Positions 54,956-64,000 of a stretch of 64,000 bases of DNA are shown one piece after another; the first letter of the stretch is position 1; each line of letters begins with the position of its first letter. Made by a program: the position numbers and the translations under genes. Source of the DNA: Octopus vulgaris (Eukaryota). The DNA is taken from contig OX597825.1 of the NCBI GenBank assembly GCA_951406725.2, positions 21,886,001 to 21,950,000 of the forward strand, given 5' to 3'. The notes under the pieces are model-generated. The model made no database searches. It was given only the letters and a program-made list of their open reading frames with translations, and was not told the DNA's origin.

Positions 54956-56363
54956 TTTCAGTCCAAGCTCCTTAAAGGAGATTATACTGACCCCGTCATA
55001 CACCGACGCATTCTACAATTTTATGGATCCCAAAGGTAAATTGCACAGCAATAGACATCTCTTCCAATTCTTTTTTGTAACATCTCCAAATAAGGATCGT
55101 CGCCGTTAACTAGTATAAAACCAAACATCATATTTCATGAAAAGCATCAAAACGTTTATGAGTACAAGGTATATAACCACGTTATGATAAGATACAATGG
55201 AAAATTCCTAGTTACTGGGGATGCACCACTCTCATGAAAAACAGAGCAGGAAAAAAAGGGAAGAATGAAAACTACCTGCGTGAAGTGTTTTAATATGTTA
55301 TCATAAAACGAGAATGGGCAGAACGGAATTGTGTTTTCCTGCCCAAAACGGTATTTAACAACCAAAAGAATTTTTAATAGACAAAGGACGTTAAAATGAT
55401 AGTAACGTGTCGGTTTAGGAAAGTGAGTAAGGTAGAGTAGGCTCTAATTTGCTGGTTATGTAAAAATAGATTGACGTTATGTTTTTAATAGAAAGAAAGT
55501 GACTTTGAGCAGTCGCTTCAGTTTGCGTTCAAGGTGTTTGCTAATGTTTGGCTTAAGAAAAGAGAAAGTTGCCCTATGAAAACATATGTACCAGTAATTT
55601 GTTAGCAATAAAAAAACTAAGCATTGGTAAGCTGAGGCGGGCGATCCATGGCAAAGAATAATACTACAAAGAGAGAGATGCAGGCAGGTATACTCAGGAA
55701 AAACGTACCAATAACGGGTCTGAATGAATTCAGAGAAGCGAAGGAGGTTATGAGTGTCGGTGTTGGTCGATATAAGAAAGTATCTGTCAAATACTGAAGC
55801 TCAATGTAATCGAATATTCTTGCTTTAAAATTATTGACCCTCTGACAAATTCAAAAATATGGCAGGTTCATATTGACGGAATCATTACATCACCGAAACA
55901 ATGACTTGCAATCTTCGTTGCGCGGCTTTTTAGGGTGTGAGCTCGAACACAAACGAAACAAACTACCTTTCATCCATCCAGGGCCGATAAAATTAAGCGC
56001 CAGATAGGGACTGGGTTTGAAGCTTTCAAGGAAACCTCGCTTCTTGATTTTAAATTTGAAACGGTTATACTTTACATAATTACGTTTGAATGGTCAAACT
56101 GATATTTGTTGAAACAAACAAATTGTATAGGTGTTTCTATAGAGGCTTCTACTTAACATGGAATCCGTCGTTACTTCTCCTCACTGAAGAGATTTCAGTG
56201 TAGGCAGGCAACTTCAGTTTTGATATGCAACACAATATTTAGTTCTGTGTTAAATATGTAAGGATACAAATGAGGATATCTAGTGATTGTTGCTATAGGT
56301 ATGTGCAATGTTATGCAAATACCGACATTTCATATTCGCACACAGCTAGAGAAAAATATATGT

Positions 56364-57515
56364 ATTGTCTGATCAATAAGTATCAGAAATGTTGCCATAG
56401 TAACGAAACTAAAGCAAACCAAGTGAAATTCTTGGCACAAATTGACCTTGAGTTCTACTGTGGATGCGCATTAAGTTTTAACGGTCTAGTTCACTTCCGC
56501 TGTGTACGGCAGTACTTGAAATAAACATGTGTTGTCTGTGAAGGTAGCATTGATCATGACAAAGTTGAGCAGATAATCTGCATCACGTTTTGACAAAAGG
56601 TTGACGATACCTGCTCAGAGGCCTTCGCAAAGGGGCAGAAAGTGTATGAAGAGGAGTGTATAAGCCAAAAGAATGTCGATAGTGACGAATGTTTTGGGAG
56701 ACCTGCAACCAGCAGAACTGAGAAAAACATAATAGATGTGCATGCGGCTATGAGGAGAAATCGTCGAATCACGATCCGTGAGTTCTCAGAGGATGTGCAG
56801 ATTAATTACGATTTACTTCAACCCATTATCACAGAAGATTAGAGTATGAGATTCTTGCCTGCAAATTATGTGCCAAAACTGCTTTCAGCTAATCAAAAAG
56901 GTACTCGTGTTTCAGTCTCACAAAGTCTCTTTGATTGTATCGAAAACGATGTATCGATAACGGTCAAAACGGGTGATGAATCGTGGGACAATTGCTATGA
57001 CCCTGAAACAAAGTTTTCGCAGTGGAAGATCCCAGCCACTCCGAGACCGAAGCAATGTGAAGAAACTGTTGACAGTTTTCTTCGCCTAAAAGAGGATTGG
57101 TCATCATGAGTATGCTCCAGCTGGTCAGACAGTAAACAAGGAGTACTACCGCGCCATTTTGCGGTGTTCGGTGAGTGGCATTTGCACCATGACACTACAC
57201 CTCTTCATTCAGCCCAGCTTGTGCAGCAGTTTTGGGTTAGGCATAGAATTCTCCAGGTCCGACAGCCACCGTATTGCCCAGATCTCGTCCCTTGCGACTT
57301 TTTCCTTTTTCCAAAAATCAAATCCCGCTTGAAAGGTAGATTTCCGGATGTCGAGGGTATCAAAGTGAATATGACGAGGCAGCTGCTGATTATCCCAGAA
57401 AACGAGTTCCAGGAATGCTTCCTGGGGGACTACTTCGAAGGAGATTAAATGCGAAATTGGTAAGTGTTGTAATTTTATTTTTACAGCACGAGTCCGGATA
57501 CTTATTGATCTGCCC
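56364..57515 (+). mobile_element. Decayed mariner (DD34D-type) transposon
   Basis: TIR core GATCAATAAGTATC / GATACTTATTGATC; GRPATS, YVPKLL, TGDESW, LHHD..P.HSA and PPYCPDLVPCDFFLFP motifs with stops and frameshifts. Confidence 0.9.
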
Positions 57516-58848
57516 CCCCCACACACACACACACATATCAGGCCGTAATGTAGATCTGTATCTTGTATTTTAAATTTCATCATTTTCGATATATTGTATA
57601 TGTTGTTATATATTTTTCTCTACCATTCATAGATATCTAATTCTATCCTATGGACAAACTAACTTTGGTCAGATGCAGAATTGAACACAGAATATATTGC
57701 GAAGACCTTAACGAGTGCAAATCCGTTTGTCTGGAGATTTAAGCTTTTAGGATTTTATCACTGTCACTAATGCATTATTGATTAAGTAATAAATTGTATA
57801 TTTGATCTATTTGAAAGCGTAAATGAGATTCTTTTTGTATGTTATCTCTTAATTATTCATGTATTGGAATATTTCAAGAATATATACGGTAACCTTACTT
57901 GTATTTTAATTCACATCGAATTTAAACTATCATTACAGTGGACATTCCAATAAAATAATTGATTGCTATATCCAATTACGTCAACGAATTTTAGGTAATA
58001 AAATATATTCTCAATTTATGAACATTCGCATAAAGTGCTTCGATTAATCACAGTTTAGTAGAACAGATACAATTAAACATAGTATTCATTCCACTGCAAC
58101 GAATTAATATATAATCTCGTGTTACATTTCCTTTCTAACTGACTGCGTAATAATCACTTTTGTGTAAAACTTACATGTTGATTTAGGAATCGATGTTGAT
58201 CAGAAAAAAGTGAGCGAATGTTACAGAGGTATTAACCAGTTGCATCTAAACTAATATAGACTCGTATTTTACTGAAACTTTAGAAGAGTTTACGACAGAA
58301 TTGAATAAGAGTTTCAGAAAGACAGACATTTGCAGTTAAATACGCTTCTCACAAAGGAATTACAGTTGCAAATGAGTTTAAATATTTCCTATATCATTAT
58401 AGAAAGCATGTTTTTTTTTCGCAAAACATCAGACACTGTTGTGTTAGCCTCGTCCTATAAACTCATAGATATGTTATATAGGACGAATAATAAAACCTCC
58501 TGTAAACATGTCTATAGAAAGGGGCTTAGGGGTAAAAGTGAAATAATTAATTTTCGATAATTCCCACTTAAAAGCGTTGGAATTCACTCAGTCGCATAAT
58601 AGTGCTCAATATTGGATTAGAGAAGCGTATGTCTAGAATTAGATGGATTGTAATGTACCTAAGTAACGAATATCTGCGTAATCAGCTACCTAAAGTTATT
58701 AAACACACAGACATACGCACACAGACGCGCGCGCAAGCACAGACACGCAAACACACACTTATATGTGAAATTATCTATCTACCAATCTAGATAACCATCT
58801 CCCTACATACATGCACGCACATACATATATCTATATCTAGTTATCTAT

Positions 58849-58923
<75 letters not shown>

Positions 58924-58947
58924 CACATATACATATATATGTATGTA

Positions 58948-58978
<31 letters not shown>

Positions 58979-59069
58979 GTATATATGTATGTGTATATAT
59001 ATATATGTATATATATGTATATATGTATATATATATATATGTATATATATTTATATATATATGTATGTA

Positions 59070-59130
<61 letters not shown>

Positions 59131-59871
59131 TCTATCTATATACATATATATATATATACATATCCAAAGATTGAGAGAGGGAGGGAGAGAAAGAGAGAAA
59201 GAGAGAGAAGAGAGAGAGAGGTGGGGGGAGAGAGAGGTGGGGGGAGAGAGAGACAAACAGATTTATGAATACTACAATGTAAGTGCAGCTATGTTTCAAA
59301 AAATTGGTGCTGAATCTGAAAAGAGTAAAATGTTTAAAAAATCTAATTGTGATGTATTTTGTTGAAAAATAAAATGTTTTTCTTCTCAAGCCGGAAATCA
59401 ATCTCTCGTAAACTGCAATTATCTCTGCCTTTTCCAGTACACTTAATCGCTACTTCCGCCAACTCATAATCTTAGAAAAACTTTCGACATGTTAACTGTG
59501 TTATAATAGAAAATATAATAATTAATGAGAATTAATAATTGTTATTTTAGTATTTATAGCAATTTTCATAACTATGTTGTTATTGTTGATGGGGATATTG
59601 TTGGAGAATGTAGCATTGAGTAGAGTGAGTGGTAAGGTGTTCTCGTACTTCTTGGTAGTGGTAGGGGTTATACTGATAATAGCGGTGTGCTGTTGTCTCT
59701 TGTTATTTAACCCCAGGTCAGTGTGGATCTAGGAAACGTATAATCGAAAACATTCCAGCCTTGATCATCCCGTATTTTTAAGTCTAGCTTAGATAATTGA
59801 CTGCCGTTCTCTTGATGATTCTGTTGGTAGCGTTGGTGATACTAGAAGTAGTAGTAGTAACAACAGCAGTG

Positions 59872-59917
<46 letters not shown>

Positions 59918-59918
59918 C

Positions 59919-59952
<34 letters not shown>

Positions 59953-59955
59953 TTG

Positions 59956-59990
<35 letters not shown>

Positions 59991-60396
59991 AGTTGTGTCG
60001 ATGGTGGTAATGGTGGTGGTGTGTATTGATATTGGTAGCTTGTAGAAGCTTCAGATGTTGTGCTGGTGGTAGTATATCTGATAATGCTGCATGTTTGTTT
60101 TATATCTAGGTCACCGTGAAATGGCGAAATGGCAGAATCGTTACTTCGCCGGGCAAAATGCTTAGCGGCATTTTTTACGGTCTCACTGAAATTACATTGC
60201 ACTTCCCCATTTCGATGTCAATAAAATAAGTACCATTTCAGCTCTTGGATCTATGTTATTGACTTCAAAATTATTGGCCTTGTTTCAAACTTAGAAAGAA
60301 AAATTTAGAAAGAAAAAAATGCAAATAGTAATTTTATTCTTAAAGATATGAATGATATATTGTTGTGTTGGAGGAGAGTCATATTGTCTTAATTCC

Positions 60397-60598
60397 TTAT
60401 TATGTAACACATTCACCGACTCGATGTCCACTCATAATTTTTCTCCCAAAATTTTCATTGCTTGGCTATCTTGTCAGTGGACGGTGACATGAGAATCCCC
60501 ATCCATTGCCATGGTTTCAAAAGCAACGAAAGTTTTGGATGGAAAATATAAATATTAAACGGGTGGAAATCGAACCGGTGAGTGTGTTAGATAATAAA
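60397..60598. mobile_element. MITE with ~35-40 bp imperfect TIRs
   Basis: ttattatgtaacacattcaccgactcgatgtccac / gtggaaatcgaaccggtgagtgtgttagataataa. Confidence 0.65.
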
Positions 60599-61169
60599 GC
60601 ATTAATAAGGCATTAGATAATAAGGCAAATTTTGTCAAACGCAACAAAATTTGCTTCAAAATACAAATTCACATAAAAAATCTTGTAAATAAGATACAAA
60701 AACGAATGACATTGTCCATAAGAATGGTAAATCTGTGAGATTTAATATATTATTATCTTGTTTTTTCTATCTAATGAAAATTATTTTATTATATTATAAG
60801 TTCCTATCGTTCTTTACACTATAGAAGGGAAATTCAGCCTATAGCTTGATATACTTATTAACTCACTTGCAGGGTAAGGATTTCTAAATGTAACAGAATT
60901 AGTAGAGACGTGGTATATTGGGTTGAATGGTACCAATATAATTGAATACCAAGCTGAATTAAGGATATCTTGATAGTGGTACGAAATATTTGTGTATCGT
61001 ATTGTATGAATGCATACGTATATACCGACACATAACTACGCATCTACGGACATGCATATATGCGTACTCACCCACATACAAGTAGACACACATCTATACT
61101 AAAATACAAGGAATTCGGAAACACTAAAATGATCCCCCTCATTTTTTCTCTCTCTCTCTGAATATGTGC

Positions 61170-61213
<44 letters not shown>

Positions 61214-61219
<6 letters not shown>

Positions 61220-61410
61220 ATATTAATTAGAGACAAAACCACTATTATGCAAATCAAACAAAGAAAGACTTAATCCAATACATAAAACATTTTATATATG
61301 TGGTTTTGTCTCTAATTAATATTATATTATATTTTACTATAAAATTGGATTCAATCCTAAATCTGATTTTTCCCTGTAAATTTGGATTTATTCCCTAATA
61401 TTTATTATTA
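61214..61410. mobile_element. Short insert in (TA)n with a ~29-bp perfect inverted repeat
   Basis: aatataatattaattagagacaaaaccac versus gtggttttgtctctaattaatattatatt. Confidence 0.55.
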
Positions 61411-61433
61411 TATATATATATATATATATTTAT

Positions 61434-61506
<73 letters not shown>

Positions 61507-62113
61507 GTGTGCGTATGTGTGTAATAGGAATGCAGCACAATCTATATATGCCATCGAAATTAAGAAAGCAAAAACAAAAGTCATACTATTATTTAGAATC
61601 ATGATGAAATAATAATGAAATCATGAAAATTCTATTCGTGACATATATTTAATAAAAACATTATCTTTATTTCTAATTTTGAACATAATTTTCGTTAAAA
61701 CAATGTTCACCTTCGACGGTGAATTAACTACATTCGCTTCATTTCTGTATGCAGAGCACCTCACCGTCACTCACGCCAACAAATCAACATTCGCTACCAT
61801 GAAAATATTATAATGGTAATCATACTTTTGTAATACATAATTGGCATATTGTTCACGTACAGCAACGATAGCAAATCATAGTAATATTAGGTCACTTTAT
61901 TTTATAATTTAGGAATTTTCTCATAGCTTCTTTTTTTTTCTTTCTTTTCAGAAAAGTTATTAAAATTTCAAAATAATTTTCGACATCTGTACTTAAATGC
62001 GCTGGCAGGATTTCGTAGCCACGTTAAATTACTAGTGTTTCTATTGTAGACCCAGGCAGACCAATGTCTTTATATGGTCATGGTAGACGGGAGCTGCATG
62101 TTTCTATCCATCC

Positions 62114-62191
<78 letters not shown>

Positions 62192-62220
62192 ATATATCTG
62201 TCTGTCTGTCTATCTATATA

Positions 62221-62280
<60 letters not shown>

Positions 62281-62441
62281 CCTATCTATCTAACCCGCTG
62301 ACGATCTCTCCCCCTCTCTCTATATATATACATATACACACACACACATATATATCAACCATATCTTTCTCTCGATCACTCTCTATCTATCAATCTGTGT
62401 AGCTCTCTCTATCACTCTCTCGCGCTTTCTCTGCACATACC

Positions 62442-62486
<45 letters not shown>

Positions 62487-62500
62487 TTTATTTAAAAGCA

Positions 62501-62549
<49 letters not shown>

Positions 62550-62589
62550 CGTACACACACAAACACATATATGTCTGTCTCTATATGTA

Positions 62590-62795
62590 TGTGTGTGTTT
62601 GCCGCCCCACGGTTTAAAAGAAGGTGCTAGTTTGTTTATAACCTCACAATTTAGCGGTGCGGCGAAAATAATCGATATGGTATATACCAGATTGAAAAAT
62701 TTCAAATCGTGGGGGCGATTTGTACGACTGAACCATTCAATAAGGTGTCACAGCAGGGCCGCGGCCGAATGATTGAAAAAAGTAAAAGAATAAGA
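62590..62795 (+). mobile_element. SINE family B, diverged 3' half
   Basis: ttagcggtgcggcgaaa..ggccgcggccgaatgattgaaaaaagtaaaagaataag. Confidence 0.6.
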
Positions 62796-62874
62796 GCTTT
62801 TCATTAAAAGATATGAGTTACTTTCAATTTTTCAATGATATTCTACATACATACTGTAAACAGATAAGATCACA

Positions 62875-62934
<60 letters not shown>

Positions 62935-63361
62935 TGTATATAATTATGTAGGAGTGAGATTCAGCGTGAGAGGAGTTTCTTGAACCGCTATTGGTTCTTT
63001 GTTAATCCTGAATCAGCCTCTTGATAATGGAGAAGCAAGCTATATGTGAGAATTACTATGAAATCAAGATCTATTTCGGTATGTGAACCCCATTATTCGA
63101 TTCCAGATTGCTATTCCACTCATTGAAACATCGTGTATAGCTGTAAATTGGTATCACGATGCCTGGAGTTATATGTAGGAACGGAATGTAAAGAGAACGT
63201 ACTAACAAGAAGAAACGAAAGAATGAAAACGTTAGAGAAGAAACCTTAAACAGGCCTAGATAAACAATGATGTACAATAATTTAGGTGTATAGAAATATT
63301 ATTATATCTAAGTCTCTCTTAAGGAGACTACAGCAGCGGTACTGGGTATTAATATTTCATT

Positions 63362-63635
63362 GCCAAGCTAATATAGCAGTCCATAAATATAGGACGAAAG
63401 CTGCCGTTGATTAGCTCCAAGAGGCCATCGCCGCTAGCTAGTTATATGATACACGAAGCCGTGAAACCTGTCTGTAGATGTCTGACCAGCAAGGGAAAGC
63501 GGCTGACTTCCCCTATTCGAAGGTTATAATGGACACAGGTTCGTGTGTCAAATAGCTAGCTAGAGGCGATGACCTCTTGGTGCTAATCAACGGCAGCTTT
63601 CGTCCTATATTTATGGACTGCCATATTAGCTTGGC
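63362..63635. mobile_element. MITE/foldback element with ~100-bp TIRs
   Basis: gccaagctaatat.gcagtccataaatataggacgaaagctgccgttgattagc mirrored at 63535-63635. Confidence 0.85.
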
Positions 63636-63840
63636 GTTAACTACAAATTTAGGTATATATTTTCCATCTTACTGGAGTAAAAATGCAGCTAAGTGGTTTC
63701 TTCTTCCCAAATACAAAATCAAATCGGTCTTATTTGCAGTAACATACGCCCATTTCTTGTTATAGATGAATTCCTTTTCCTCCGTTGCTTCGGAGTGAAA
63801 CTATTCATCCATGTTTTCTATTTAGAAATATATTAATTCA

Positions 63841-63960
63841 GGCGCTGGTGTAGCTGCGTTAAGAGGTGCTTTCTTGCCGAGTACATGGTTCCGGGATATC
63901 ACTCACTGCGTCTTGGGGAAGTGCCTTCTACTATAGCCCCGGGTTGACCGAAGCCTTACG
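63841..63960 (+). mobile_element. SINE family B, 5' part
   Basis: catggttccggg..cactgcg..aagtgccttctactatagccccggg. Confidence 0.6.
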
Positions 63961-64000
63961 AAAGTGAAAGTGAAAGTAAAAGAATCACGCCGAATGCACA

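Overview
AT-rich, microsatellite-saturated eukaryotic (animal) genomic DNA. The SINE and repeat content suggests a coleoid cephalopod such as Octopus, but that is an inference. The only supportable host gene is a + strand multi-exon protein kinase. Six GT-AG exons (7998-8151, 10951-11061, 25540-25609, 26693-26880, 46536-46664, 52189-52299) join in frame into about 253 aa covering kinase subdomains IV-XI; the N-lobe exons were not found and probably lie upstream of the window. The kinase mixes Src-like motifs ([15 protein letters not shown]) with TKL/RIPK-like motifs and has a long, Cys/His-rich, Tyr-free activation segment. The introns contain a 5'-truncated CR1 LINE with an open RT frame, a decayed near-full-length R4/Dong-type retrotransposon plus smaller RLE fragments in microsatellites, Tc1 and mariner relics, MITEs, at least three tRNA-derived SINE families and a ~1.1 kb local duplication. 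Highlights are minimal hammerhead-ribozyme motifs with variant cores in Penelope-like inverted-repeat relics (one with a G3-C8 swap whose partner repeat starts at the predicted cleavage site) and a covarying 3' stem-loop shared by the CR1 LINE and the commonest SINE. Almost all ORFs in the supplied track are microsatellite artefacts.
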